64,000 nt of DNA. It comes from Planctomycetota bacterium (lineage in GTDB: Bacteria; Planctomycetota; SZUA-567; H5-PLA8). The number at the start of each line of letters is the position of its first letter. Position 1 is the stretch's first letter. The position numbers were made by a program, and so were the translations under genes. The stretch covers positions 1 to 64,000 of the forward strand of contig BTVV01000027.1 in NCBI GenBank assembly GCA_045863855.1, given 5' to 3'. The notes beneath the pieces are model-generated. The model saw only the letters and a list, made by a program, of their open reading frames with translations. It did not search any database and was not told the DNA's origin. Positions 27,501 to 36,807 of this stretch are shown here, in pieces.

Positions 27501-29172
27501 ACTCACCCGGACCTTCGACCGGTCCGCCGGCTTGGGACGAAAGCGGATTCATCGGCCAGCGGAATTTGCCTTGATTGAAGAAGCGGTCGTCGGCGGTAAG
27601 CAGAACCGGCAAACTCAAGCCTTCGGTTTGGGCTTGTTCCAAAATCCGGTCAAAGCGCCAACACAATTCCAAATCGTAGCGCCCCAAGCCCTGCCACTTG
27701 CCCCACTCGTCGTTCCATTCCAGCGGCGGGCGCCAGCACACGGTTTGGGGCGTCCAAACCCCATACCTCCACGTGTCGGGCTCCGCGCCTCCGGGCTCGC
27801 CTTTGCCTAGATCCGCGTTGCGTCCCAAGTACCAAACCGCTTCGGCCTGCCACGGCAGTCCGGTGAGTTCCGGGCGTGGCGCATAACGCCCGCTGAAAGC
27901 CTCGCCGCCGGAGACTGTCCAGTCAGGAAGCGGCGCGCCCCCGTCCAGCCGGCGTTGAATCGCTAGAAGATCCCCGGCATCGGCCGGCCGGTGCGCCGAC
28001 GGTTCGGGCAGTTCCACCGGTAAACTCGCGATCTTGCGCCCGTTCAAGAGCACGTGGGCGACCACCGCGCCGGTCTGACGCGTCCAGGCGAAGCTCGACG
28101 CACCGAGCACGTTCATGGAGATTGGAATGCGTGCGCGGAAGCACGGCCGGCCGTAGGGGCGCAGTTCCTCCGCCGGGTTGCGCGCTTCGGGCAAGCGCAC
28201 GTAATGTTGATCGAAATAAGCCGGACGCGCTTGAGCCACCGTTTCGGCACTCAACTCGCCGGTGGCGGCGTCGCGGCGAGGCAGTTCGTACACCGCGGGC
28301 GCGAGAAGCACACGCACGTCGCACTGCTCAGGGTCGAACGGGTTGAGCGGCTCCGGATGCAGCCGCAGACTCACATTCACTTCACCTGGCGCGGAGGCCG
28401 CTTCCGCGTCGAGGACTTCCAGCTCGGACGGAAACCAGCGCGACGAGTCGGAACTGGCCCCCAAGGGCGGCGGGCCTTTAGGCACGGACGCAAGGTCTTC
28501 CAGCACCGGCTGACCTGATTTCTTCGTTTCGGCGAGCTGTGCACCCGAGCTGGGCGCGTGCAGCCATTCGGGCTTACCGACTTCCAGGCTGCCTTTGAAT
28601 GCGCGCGTGCTTCGGGCTTTCAGAATGATGCGCTCGGCGGCTCGGGACGATTCGCCGTCCCAAGGCCGGCCGTGGCCCACCGGCGAGAAATCGGACGAAC
28701 CGGACGAGAGATCGACCTCCAGTACCGTCTCGCGGCCGGCATCGACCGGCGTCTCGGCCTGAGTCTCGTAAATCCAGCCGTTGTGGTGAATCAGCCGCAG
28801 CTTGACCTGCACGCGGCCCATGCGGTCGCCGTGGAGCTTTAACGGAATTCGCAGCGCGCGAAACGGCCGCAAATCCAGCGCGTGCGCGAGCGTCAACCGG
28901 CGCTCGGTTACCCCCGGCATCGTGAAGCGCCAGCGCTTGTCTTCGCTTGCTGTGGCCAACCGAGCCACGTCGTCGATCTTGATCCCGGAGGCCGAAAGCT
29001 CTTCGAACGGGCCCAAATTCGGCGTCCAGCGATTCGTCGAAATCGTCGGGAACGCGAGGCGGTAAGCGGCCATCGAGGCAACCAGAAAGAGCAACAGCAG
29101 CGGCCCGGCCGCCAACCCCAGGCCGACCGTGCGTGGACGCAAGCGTAGCTTTTGAAGTACGTGCGGTCGCAT
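24556..29172 (-). CDS. Large membrane-anchored DUF5060/clan GH-A glycoside hydrolase-like protein with internal duplication
   Basis: N-terminal TM. Two copies each of a CBM-like module (RPWD), NP(F/Y)DPE and a barrel segment (GRY...LRYxAARxG). Confidence 0.8.
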   Translation of the reverse strand: MRPHVLQKLRLRPRTVGLGLAAGPLLLLFLVASMAAYRLAFPTISTNRWTPNLGPFEELSASGIKIDDVARLATASEDKRWRFTMPGVTERRLTLAHALDLRPFRALRIPLKLHGDRMGRVQVKLRLIHHNGWIYETQAETPVDAGRETVLEVDLSSGSSDFSPVGHGRPWDGESSRAAERIILKARSTRAFKGSLEVGKPEWLHAPSSGAQLAETKKSGQPVLEDLASVPKGPPPLGASSDSSRWFPSELEVLDAEAASAPGEVNVSLRLHPEPLNPFDPEQCDVRVLLAPAVYELPRRDAATGELSAETVAQARPAYFDQHYVRLPEARNPAEELRPYGRPCFRARIPISMNVLGASSFAWTRQTGAVVAHVLLNGRKIASLPVELPEPSAHRPADAGDLLAIQRRLDGGAPLPDWTVSGGEAFSGRYAPRPELTGLPWQAEAVWYLGRNADLGKGEPGGAEPDTWRYGVWTPQTVCWRPPLEWNDEWGKWQGLGRYDLELCWRFDRILEQAQTEGLSLPVLLTADDRFFNQGKFRWPMNPLSSQAGGPVEGPGEFFLKPAARDSVKRMLRYLAARYGASPALGGWLFGATLPARGVPEWHAALASAAEELEAAQGLVHLNLDGMPAGGEEIRASERGRRPILSLHPWATPFEGASRRNSFEPGEPDHTLWKPEQRLSPGTELTVHIGQASDGTRSAALRGKMPGQVCLVRELLFKVNEADNFYEFQSLVFDVYVPHVAPHDMRAMVHLRDRDLLWYETLLDPLLRNGDWTRVVVDLSGENKHKLKPVNHQRPWDDYSRTRVREIGIRLFCMHKYDGPIYIDNIHMLGKQQSRPIPQVTPRVAFRPGTALKSERYDKWEVDFDLNKSYPNPYDPEVVDVTALIETPSGVTERVPCFFYEPYDRQLVKKPIIDTLMSRKVTRTVELEEIMPIAGGMAGYWKLRYAPKETGTHTVKIEVREGGKWLVKGERWIPDDRFTADGQPLPWRKYHGQFTEIIGKRADGRRRVQEEAFEPGPVAAHSEKLTFEATASNLKGFVRVASDGKMFEFSNGEPYYPIGINLATPSEEQLPYFGGDWEAPEAYTRLRDIGHRGTYQYDDYFAAFQKHGLNWAKVWMATWWTGLEWRRDWPPFQGVGRYSQPNGWKMDHLVEEARRRGVYLQVILMNHGQVSTGINSDWENSPYAAELGGPLKSAREFYSEAEGKKLYKNKLRYIAARWGYSTSVLDWTLCGEMDFTEEYQTNSFNLHVPSQDLPAPETMVLWVDEMSRYMKEFDCGKHLIGTHISHPQRGQNIQFAKGLDYVQSNAYSGFPWLADGKMDAVRALDAYYWGQTGLHHFEGMQRFGKPVLVCEQGGHWHGRSYKYGDWTRNTRQSLEADLHCGLWGGIMTPMAGQTGYWWWIHVHFDGTYQHLEGASRFMSGEDLRGQDFRRGPIVLDSPEHPYKAVAFKNRTRGFAWIYHVQLPYSLNAQEYSGMKAQVYAVLPGTYEIEYWHTVKGEVMKREQIAAQPSKLREDHYLGLALPPFEGDIAVKFRRIEKP

Positions 29173-29411
29173 AGGCTTCCCGAGAGCGCCCTCCCGTGAG
29201 GGATTCGAATCCGCCTGTCGATCCTACCACCGTCCGCCGCAGGCGGGTAACGGTTTGGAGGCTGCTCTATACATGACGTCCGGAAGCAGGCATCTGCATA
29301 CGCTTTTCAGGAAATTGAGCCAAGTCTTCCAGGCAAGGCTGGAAAACAAACCCGATTGCCGTACTTGTGTTACGCGAACGCGGAGCGGGGGTTACCGCTT
29401 GTTGCAGCGAT

Positions 29412-30161
29412 CTACGTGGCGCAGACCGGGCAGGCCGGATTGCGGGCCAGCTTGAGCATCCGAAAGGACATCGTGCGCAAGTCCATCGTGAGCAGCCGGC
29501 CGGCCAAGGTTTCGCCGAAGCCGCCCAGTACCTTTATGGCTTCCATCGCCCCCAGGCACCCGACCGTTCCCGAGACAGCGCCGAAGACGGGAAACTCCCT
29601 CCGCCAATACGGCGGCGCTTCGGGATGCCGGCAAGCCAAGCACGGTGTGCGGCCCGGCAGGATCGTGGTGATGCTCGCCTCGCAATCGTACATGGCGCAT
29701 TCGACCAGCGGTTTACCTTGGCGCACGGCTTCGCGGTTCATCGCAAAGCGCTCTTGAAAGAGCGGAGCGCAATCGACGATCAGGTCGGCTTGCGCGACCA
29801 GTTCCGCGGCATTGGCGTCGCTCATGTTTTCCGGCACGGCGACGATTTCGAGGCGCGGATTGAGTTCTTTGAGTCGGCGTTCGGCGCTTTGTACACGCGA
29901 AGTACCCAGCGCGGCGTGGGTCATCAGGAGCTGGCGGTTCAGATCGCTGGGCTTGATGTTCCCGCCGTGCGCGAGGATCAAGGTGCCAATTCCGGCGGCG
30001 GCCAATTCATACGCCACGACGCCGCCCAGACCGCCCACGCGCGAGATCAGCACCCGGCTGCCTTTGAGCCGTTCTTGCCCGGTTTCGCCGAATTCGGGCG
30101 ACCAGAGCTGCCATTCGTAGACGGCGCGCTCTTCGTCGGTTAGCGGTTTTGGGTTGGGCAT
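29412..30161 (-). CDS. HesA/MoeB/ThiF-family E1-like adenylyltransferase (HesA-type)
   Basis: VGGLGG, SDLNRQ, CLAC and CPVC Zn pairs. AHGG and TPCLxC...GAVSGT resemble HesA. No rhodanese domain. Confidence 0.9.
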   Translation of the reverse strand: MPNPKPLTDEERAVYEWQLWSPEFGETGQERLKGSRVLISRVGGLGGVVAYELAAAGIGTLILAHGGNIKPSDLNRQLLMTHAALGTSRVQSAERRLKELNPRLEIVAVPENMSDANAAELVAQADLIVDCAPLFQERFAMNREAVRQGKPLVECAMYDCEASITTILPGRTPCLACRHPEAPPYWRREFPVFGAVSGTVGCLGAMEAIKVLGGFGETLAGRLLTMDLRTMSFRMLKLARNPACPVCAT

Positions 30162-30189
30162 CGCAGGCTTCCGAGAATCTTTATACGCA

Positions 30190-30468
30190 TCATCCGCCGC
30201 TGATCGGCGCCATCAAGAGGATGCGGTCGCCGGGCATGAGCATCTTCGCCTCGCCGGTCATCACTTGCTCGTCATTGACGAAAAGGAGCAGCGACGGCTG
30301 CAGGCGGCCCGCGGCATCGAGTAGCAATGACTTGAGCGCCACGCCGCGCGAATTGGCCAACCGCTCGACGGCTTGTTCCAGCACACAACCATCGGGCACC
30401 TCGAACTTTTCGTCGGAGACGCCGGCAGCAGCGCGCACCTGCCCGGAGTAACTCACCGTCACGGTCAT
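30190..30468 (-). CDS. MoaD/ThiS-family ubiquitin-like sulfur carrier
   Basis: 92 aa with a FVND motif and C-terminal PISGG. ATGA-coupled to modC. Confidence 0.92.
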   Translation of the reverse strand: MTVTVSYSGQVRAAAGVSDEKFEVPDGCVLEQAVERLANSRGVALKSLLLDAAGRLQPSLLLFVNDEQVMTGEAKMLMPGDRILLMAPISGG

Positions 30469-31151
30469 GCCCGGGCCTCCGCGGTGTCCGATGCTACGGC
30501 GAGTTCCGCAAGCGGCGCTTCGCGCACTTGGCCATTCTCCACGCGCAGCAGGCAACCGGCCAGCCGCCGCGCTTCCCGGCTGCTGTGCGTGATATGCAGC
30601 GCCGTTACGCCGGTGACCGTCCGCACCTGCTCCAACAAATGATACATCCCTTCCCGCGTTTCGTCGTCCAGCGCGCTAAGCGGTTCGTCGAGGCAGAGCA
30701 CCTCCGGCCCGAATGCCAGGGCGCGGCCCAGCGCGACACGCTGCCGCTCGCCTCCGCTCAGGCCCAGCGGTTTGCGCTCCAGCAACGGCTCGATATCCAG
30801 CAAGCCGGCCAGTTCGGCCACGCGGTCGCGCATTTTTTCTTCCGGCCATTTCCGGATCCGCAATGCGAAGTCCATATTCTCCCGAACGGTCATGCTCGTA
30901 AAGAGCGCGCCATCCTGCGGCACCAGCCCGATCCCGCGCTCGGCCGGTTTGACGAAAGTCACGTCGCGCCCAAGTAATTCGATGCGGCCGGCGGTCACGC
31001 GCTTCAGCCCGCACAGCGCTTCCAGCAGCGTCGTCTTGCCCGAGCCGGTCTTGCCCATCAGCATGCCGTAACAACCGGTGGGAATCTCGAACGAAACGTT
31101 CTCGAGCGCGAACGCTCCGGCGCGGACGGTCAAGCCTTGGACGCGAATCAT
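30465..31151 (-). CDS. modC: Molybdate/tungstate-type ABC transporter ATP-binding protein
   Basis: GKTGSGKTT, LSGGERQR and LDEP motifs. ATGA-coupled to the permease. Confidence 0.85.
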   Translation of the reverse strand: MIRVQGLTVRAGAFALENVSFEIPTGCYGMLMGKTGSGKTTLLEALCGLKRVTAGRIELLGRDVTFVKPAERGIGLVPQDGALFTSMTVRENMDFALRIRKWPEEKMRDRVAELAGLLDIEPLLERKPLGLSGGERQRVALGRALAFGPEVLCLDEPLSALDDETREGMYHLLEQVRTVTGVTALHITHSSREARRLAGCLLRVENGQVREAPLAELAVASDTAEARA

Positions 31152-32011
31152 CCCGCCACGCCCTCCGTGACGCTCGAATGCACGCCCAGGCCGAAGTATC
31201 GGACCACCAGCAGCACGCTCAACGCCGCGGCGACCATGATTAGCGATACCGCCACGGCGGCCTCGACGTTCCCGACACTGATCTCGAGAAAGACCGTGGT
31301 GGGCAGTACCTCCGTACGCATGCGCGTCGCGCCGGAGAAGATCAGGACCGGCCCGAACTCGCCAAGCGAGCGCGCCCAAGCGAGCGTTGCGGCGGTAACC
31401 ATGCCGCGCCGCGCTTCGGGTAAGGTCACGTGCCAGAAGGCCTGCCCGCGCGTGCAACCCAGCGTTAACGCCACGTGCTCCTGGCGCGGATGCAATTGAT
31501 CGAACGTCGCCCGCATCGTCCGAACGGAAAACGCCGCCGCCACCATGAATTGCGCCAGTACCACGCTGGGCACCGCGTACGTGACTCGCGCCACTTCGCT
31601 TTCGAACCATTTTCCGGGCAGTGTCTGGAACAGAATCAGTAAGCTCAGGCCCACGACCAGCGGCGGAAGCACGATCGGAATATCGACGATGGCTTCGACC
31701 AGTTCGCGTCCCGGAAAGCGAAAGCGCGATAGCAAGTAGCCCAGCGGTACGGCCACCCAGAGCGATAAAATTGTGGTCAGTGTGCAGGTGATGAGACTCA
31801 GCTTGATGGCGAAGCGTATCTCGGGCGTGTTGATCGCCTTGAGTAAATGGCTGGGTGTCGTGTACCCGGCATCCGCCACCAGACAGGCGACAATCAGCAG
31901 AATGTAAATCCCGCCCATGAATGCCATGCCGGCGATGAACGGCACGTCGGAGCCGACGCGTACGCCCGAGCCCGGCTTGGAAACGGCGTCGGATGCCGGG
32001 GGATTGCTCAC
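31148..32011 (-). CDS. modB: Molybdate-type ABC transporter permease
   Basis: DIPIVLPPLVVGLSLL and WARSLGEFG motifs. GTG start overlaps the modA stop. Confidence 0.88.
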   Translation of the reverse strand: MSNPPASDAVSKPGSGVRVGSDVPFIAGMAFMGGIYILLIVACLVADAGYTTPSHLLKAINTPEIRFAIKLSLITCTLTTILSLWVAVPLGYLLSRFRFPGRELVEAIVDIPIVLPPLVVGLSLLILFQTLPGKWFESEVARVTYAVPSVVLAQFMVAAAFSVRTMRATFDQLHPRQEHVALTLGCTRGQAFWHVTLPEARRGMVTAATLAWARSLGEFGPVLIFSGATRMRTEVLPTTVFLEISVGNVEAAVAVSLIMVAAALSVLLVVRYFGLGVHSSVTEGVAG

Positions 32012-33528
32012 GGTTGGGGTGCTTCCTTCAGGGCATCGGCGCGCCACTGGAAGCCCAGGTCTTCGAAGCGCTTTTTCGAAGCGTCGGACCGGATCGCCTC
32101 GAGCAGGCGTTCCATGAGGTAGCGGTGTTTGCTGTCCTTCGCCACGCCGTAGGGCTGGACGGCGTGCGCCGAAGGCACGTCGATCTTAATCACATCGAGA
32201 TGCTCGCGCACGAAGGCCGCGTTGCTGGTGTAGACCAGCACCGCGTCCAGGGAGCCCACGCGCATCTGATTGACGAGGTAGTCGCCGGTCGCGGACTCCA
32301 CCTTCCAGTTGCCCGTATCGATCAGCTTTTGGTACAGGCCCTGCGCATCAAGGAGCTTCTGGGTTAATCCGCCCAGCGCCGACTTAACCGGATGCGCCAA
32401 GCCCACACGCATGCCGGGTTTGACCAAGTCTTCGATCGTGCGGATGTTCTTGGGGTTCTCTTTCGCCACGAGGATCACCATGTCGTTAGCGGAAACGATA
32501 ACGCCGGAATCGAACATCTCTTTAACCGTCTCGAAGTAGGATAGATCGCAGGAAAAGTAAGCGTCTGCCTTCGCGCCCGCGCGCATCTGGCTGGTAAGGA
32601 TACCGCAGCCGTTGTAGACGGTGTTGATCGTTACGCCCTCGCGCAGTTCGAACGCGTGGATCAGATCGTCGATGGCCGGCCGCAGCATCGCGCCGCTGAA
32701 CAGCGTCAACTCGGGGCGTTCGGCCCACGCGTCGCCGTTCACCGCCTCGAAACCCCACTTCTTGAAGATCGCACCGCCCTTCTCGGGTGCTTGCAGGTAG
32801 CGCGCGAAGCGCAGCGCGGCGGTAGGCGCCTTGCTGGTGCGCAGGATGCTCAAGGAGACCTCTTCGACGTTACTTTCCAGGCCTTGCAGGGAGACGCTTC
32901 CCAATTCCGGGTACTGGCGAACGGTGCTATCCCAGACGATAGTGGCATCGGCCGATCCGAGCTTCACATCGTTGGCAATTTCCATGACCGTGGGCTTGAA
33001 GACGCCGCGCGCTTGAACGGCTTTTTCAAGCGGCTCCCATTGGTTTGTCTCGCGAAGCACGCGCTTGACGATCTTCCCGATGCTGGCGGCATCGGGGTTA
33101 GCCAGCGCCACGCGCACGTCGTCGCGCAGCAGATCGTTCAGGCCCGTAATCTTCTTGGGGTTCCCTTGCGCAACGGCGATCACGGGGTGCTGCCGAGCCA
33201 ACGGCAAAGCCTCTTCAATCAGATTCTTCTCACGCGCCAACGTGATGTAACTGGCGTCGGCGACCAAATAGAGGTCGCCTAGGCCGGCCACCTGTATGTT
33301 GTTCAAGAGCGTCCCGGAGCCACCGTAGGACAGTTGGATCGCCACGCCGTATTCTTGCTCGTACTGGCGCGCCGCTTCTTCCACGGGATTCTTCATGTTC
33401 GCCGCACAGTACAGGATCAGTGCATCGCGCGGTTTATCTTCGGGCTCGGGGGCGGTGGTCATGCGCAGCAGGACGACCATGCTTACGGCCAGCAGCAGCG
33501 ATCCGATCAGAAGATTTCGCATCGACAT
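32008..33528 (-). CDS. modA: Molybdate-binding protein with two tandem ModA-like domains
   Basis: 506 aa with an N-terminal anchor. Domain 1: YCAANM...YGGSGTL...ADLY-like. Domain 2: FSGAML...YNGCGIL...ADAYF. Confidence 0.85.
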   Translation of the reverse strand: MSMRNLLIGSLLLAVSMVVLLRMTTAPEPEDKPRDALILYCAANMKNPVEEAARQYEQEYGVAIQLSYGGSGTLLNNIQVAGLGDLYLVADASYITLAREKNLIEEALPLARQHPVIAVAQGNPKKITGLNDLLRDDVRVALANPDAASIGKIVKRVLRETNQWEPLEKAVQARGVFKPTVMEIANDVKLGSADATIVWDSTVRQYPELGSVSLQGLESNVEEVSLSILRTSKAPTAALRFARYLQAPEKGGAIFKKWGFEAVNGDAWAERPELTLFSGAMLRPAIDDLIHAFELREGVTINTVYNGCGILTSQMRAGAKADAYFSCDLSYFETVKEMFDSGVIVSANDMVILVAKENPKNIRTIEDLVKPGMRVGLAHPVKSALGGLTQKLLDAQGLYQKLIDTGNWKVESATGDYLVNQMRVGSLDAVLVYTSNAAFVREHLDVIKIDVPSAHAVQPYGVAKDSKHRYLMERLLEAIRSDASKKRFEDLGFQWRADALKEAPQP

Positions 33529-33537
33529 GGGGGCTGC

Positions 33538-34263
33538 TTATCCTTTCGAGCGCGCGGGCGTTTGGGGCTCGCGCACGCGCCGACAGGCGCACTGGCCCAG
33601 GTAATGGGGTCCGATCGATTCGGGAACCTGCAGCAAGCGCAGCGTACCGTCCTCAAGCGTCTCGACCGCCAAGGTCACGTACTGACCGCGCTGAAGCTGC
33701 TTGAGCAGTTCGGACAACCGGGGATCGTCCGCGAATTCCGCACCATTCACTCGGACTGCAAAGGTGCCGTGGCCCAAGGGCGAGCCGGGCGCCTGTTCGG
33801 CGAGGGGGCGGAGTACCTGCGTGGCCCTGAAACGAAACGTGTCGCCTTCGTAGCTGCTTTCAATCGTGCCGAAAACGGCAAAACGTAAGCCATTCGGCAT
33901 GACCGGCGCCGACGCCACGCGGCCATCTGCCGGCGGCTGGCCGTAGAGCCAGAACCCAAGACCCAGCGCACCCAACAGCAGCGCCGCCGCGGCGAGGTTC
34001 AAACTCCAGCGGCGCTTACGCGGAGGCTCCGCGCGCAACTGCAGCCGCTTCGTGAGCAACGCAGCATCGGGCGCCTGCGCGTGGGCGGCATGCAACAGGC
34101 CTTCGGCTCGTAAGGCGCGATCGAACGCTGCGGCAGTTTGTGGATCATGGCGCAGGTCGGAAGCCAGCGCGGCGCGCTCGGCCTCGCTCAGGTTAACGTC
34201 GAAGAAGCGTGCGATCAGGTCGTTCCGAGCGTCTGGTGTCGGGGGTTCGTTCGGGCTGTCCAT
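33538..34263 (-). CDS. Putative anti-sigma factor (single TM)
   Basis: Follows the ECF sigma gene, has a helical N-terminus and an AAAALLL TM segment. AAGGGAGG RBS. Confidence 0.7.
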   Translation of the reverse strand: MDSPNEPPTPDARNDLIARFFDVNLSEAERAALASDLRHDPQTAAAFDRALRAEGLLHAAHAQAPDAALLTKRLQLRAEPPRKRRWSLNLAAAALLLGALGLGFWLYGQPPADGRVASAPVMPNGLRFAVFGTIESSYEGDTFRFRATQVLRPLAEQAPGSPLGHGTFAVRVNGAEFADDPRLSELLKQLQRGQYVTLAVETLEDGTLRLLQVPESIGPHYLGQCACRRVREPQTPARSKG

Positions 34264-34780
34264 GCTCCCCCTCCCTTCTGCTCAATCGCGCGCGAATAGC
34301 GCCGGCCAGTTTCTTGCGCAATCGGAACAACCGCTGCTTCAGGTACCCCACCGTCTGCCCGGTTCGCTCGGCCAGGCTCGCCAGCGATGCCGTTCGTGCG
34401 TACCGCGCTTCCAGCAATTCGCGGTCGCCTTCGGGCAGTTCGCTCAGACAGCGCCGCAGCGCCGCCAACTCATCTTCGAAATCCGTTCCGTCTACGCCCC
34501 GAGCATCTCGTGCTTCGACTTCGGCCAGTTCCGCGGCGTTCCACAGGGCCGGCCGTTTGCGCGTCAGCTCGTTCAGCGCCAGATTTCGCGCCACCCGCCG
34601 AAACCACGTGCTCAACTCCGGCCCCTGCTTCACCCCGCGCTTCCAAGCCAGCAGGAAGACGTCCTGCGCTAACTCTTCCGCGACTTCCGGCCGGCGCGTC
34701 AGGGCCATGAGGCAGCCGTACACCTCGCCCCAATGCCGAGCGATTAGGGCTTCGAGCGCTATCGATTGCCGGTCGCTCAT
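34193..34780 (-). CDS. ECF (sigma-70 family) RNA polymerase sigma factor
   Basis: Region 2: AEELAQDVFL...TWFRRVARN. Region 4: LRRCLSELP...LFRLRKKL. Confidence 0.92.
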   Translation of the reverse strand: MSDRQSIALEALIARHWGEVYGCLMALTRRPEVAEELAQDVFLLAWKRGVKQGPELSTWFRRVARNLALNELTRKRPALWNAAELAEVEARDARGVDGTDFEDELAALRRCLSELPEGDRELLEARYARTASLASLAERTGQTVGYLKQRLFRLRKKLAGAIRARLSRREGEHGQPERTPDTRRSERPDRTLLRR

Positions 34781-34830
34781 TGGCTTACTTTCCCAACTCG
34801 GTATCCGGTTATCCGGAATTCCAAAAAAAT

Positions 34831-35523
34831 TCAGACCTGCGCCGGCGCGGAAACGGCCTCGACGATCCGGCCGTCGGATAAGCTCCAGGTGCGTTCTGCT
34901 CGCGCCGCGGACTCCTGGGAATGCGTCACCATCAACACTGCTCCGCCCTGCTTGGCGAAATCGGACAGGCAGGTCAGGACTGCGTCGGCCTGCACGGGGT
35001 CCAGGTTTCCGGTCGGCTCGTCGGCCAGCAAGAGCCTGGGCTCATTCAGGAGTGCCCGAGCCAGCGCCGTGCGCTGCCGCTCACCAGTGCTTAACTCGGA
35101 CGGCAGGTGGTGAGATCGCCCGGTGAGCCCAAAGCGTTCGATCAACTCGGCGGCGCGGCGCTCCGCCGCGTCCCGATCGCCGCCGCTCGCCACCGTCGCG
35201 GCCAGCACGTTTTCGCGCACGTCAAGGTAGGGCACCAAATGGAACTGCTGAAAAACGAAGCCCACTTCCTTGGCGCGCAGCCGCGCCCGGGCTTCTTGAG
35301 CCAACGCGTACGGACGTTGGCCGGCCAGTTCGACTTCGCCCGCATCGGGTGCCAGGAGCGTTCCGGCAATCCAAAGTAAGGTAGATTTGCCCGCGCCGCT
35401 GGGACCGCGCAAGGCCACGAAGGCGCCGGGCTCCAGCGCGAGGGTGGCTTCGCGCAAGACCGTTACGGCGCCGCCGTCTTTCGCATAGGCTTTGGTGACA
35501 CCGCGCAGCGCCAGGATGGCCAT
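34831..35523 (-). CDS. LolD/MacB-type ABC transporter ATP-binding protein
   Basis: GPSGAGKST, GFVFQQFHL, LSTGERQR and ADEPTGNLD motifs. Confidence 0.92.
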   Translation of the reverse strand: MAILALRGVTKAYAKDGGAVTVLREATLALEPGAFVALRGPSGAGKSTLLWIAGTLLAPDAGEVELAGQRPYALAQEARARLRAKEVGFVFQQFHLVPYLDVRENVLAATVASGGDRDAAERRAAELIERFGLTGRSHHLPSELSTGERQRTALARALLNEPRLLLADEPTGNLDPVQADAVLTCLSDFAKQGGAVLMVTHSQESAARAERTWSLSDGRIVEAVSAPAQV

Positions 35524-35526
35524 GGC

Positions 35527-36792
35527 TTAATCCTCCCGCAGCACGGCGACGGGATCCTGCCCCGCGGCCCGCTGCGCCGGAAGCCAACTGGCGATCGCTG
35601 CCAGAAGCGGCGCGAGCACCAGGCACGCGCCCAGCAGCTTCGGATCGAAGGCCGCGCGCAGGTCCGCTTCGCCCCATGCCGCGCCCAGCGCCCAGCCCAG
35701 CACAAATCCCGCTCCCGCGCCTAATGCGCCCATCGCCAGCGCCTTGGTCATGAAGAGCCAGACGATCTGCGCCGAACGCCAGCCCAGCGCGCGCAACACG
35801 CCCACCTCGGCGACGCGCTCCCGGGTATTGCCGAAGACCAGCAACCCAACCCACGCGGCGCTGGCCAGAATCAGCAGCGGGACCAGCCAGGCGGCAAGCG
35901 CCTCGCGGTCGCGGCGCGTCTGCTCCTGTAGCTTGCGCTCGCGCTCGACATCCTGCAGCGCTTTGGCCGTAGCCAGCTTGCGTGCTTCGGCCCGAGCCAC
36001 CGCTTGCGATTGGAACTCTACGGCCTGCGTGTCGGGCAGGATCTTAGAGATCTCGGCGCGAATCTCGGCCATGCGGTCCACCGTCTCGCAGTTGCATTGC
36101 AGCGCCAGGATCGCGTTAATCCGGCCGGGCATCTCGAGGAGATCCTGCGCTTCGGCCAAATCGATCCAGACGGTGATGTCGTCCTGATTGCCGCGCGCGG
36201 GGTGGTTCTTGTGGACCTTGAACTCGCGCCCTTGCAGGCGCACAGCATCGCCGGGCTTTAAACCTAACTGGCGGTGCAATTCGTAACCCAGAACGATCTT
36301 GCCTTTCGGTACGGCTTCCAGGATCGGCTTCTTTTCGCTGCGCTGCAGAATGGGAACCTCCCCGCGCGTCCCCACCAGAACGATGGTGCGCTTCTGCTCT
36401 TCCCAAACCAACTTGCGCGTCAGGCTCGGCAGGAGGTGGTTTACGGTGATCAGTTTGGAGTTGGCGAGGCGCTTGGCGTACTCTTCGGGCATCGTCTTTT
36501 CGGCAAAGCCGCTGGCGTACACGTCGGCCAAGTTCTGATCGCGGGGCAGAATCAGGACGTTAAAGCCGAGGTTCTTGGTGATCTTGCGGACCTCGTCTTC
36601 CATTCGCGCGGCATCGGCTTCCACTTCGGCACGCCGCTCGGCCACGAAGAGTTCGGTGCGCAGGCGGTAGCTTTCCAACAGGGTGAACGCGCCGGCCAGC
36701 GACGCCATGGCGATGCTGACCGCCAGCATGCCCAGAGCAAAATTCAGTTTGCGATGCGCGATCTCGCGCCAAACCATCCGCCACAGACTCAA
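35527..36792 (-). CDS. FtsX/MacB-type ABC transporter permease
   Basis: 1+3 TM topology, RERVAEVGVLRALG and C-terminal PAQRAAGQDPVAVL. Confidence 0.9.
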   Translation of the reverse strand: MSLWRMVWREIAHRKLNFALGMLAVSIAMASLAGAFTLLESYRLRTELFVAERRAEVEADAARMEDEVRKITKNLGFNVLILPRDQNLADVYASGFAEKTMPEEYAKRLANSKLITVNHLLPSLTRKLVWEEQKRTIVLVGTRGEVPILQRSEKKPILEAVPKGKIVLGYELHRQLGLKPGDAVRLQGREFKVHKNHPARGNQDDITVWIDLAEAQDLLEMPGRINAILALQCNCETVDRMAEIRAEISKILPDTQAVEFQSQAVARAEARKLATAKALQDVERERKLQEQTRRDREALAAWLVPLLILASAAWVGLLVFGNTRERVAEVGVLRALGWRSAQIVWLFMTKALAMGALGAGAGFVLGWALGAAWGEADLRAAFDPKLLGACLVLAPLLAAIASWLPAQRAAGQDPVAVLRED

Positions 36793-36807
36793 GGCAGGCT
36801 CCCGTAT

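Noticed and set aside
29195..29230. tRNA-like GGATTCGAATCC motif
   Set aside because: No 5-bp T-stem, acceptor stem or cloverleaf could be formed on either strand.
29412..30468. CBASS/Bil-type ubiquitin-like antiphage system
   Set aside because: No E2, JAB peptidase or nucleotide cyclase nearby. The context is molybdate transport.
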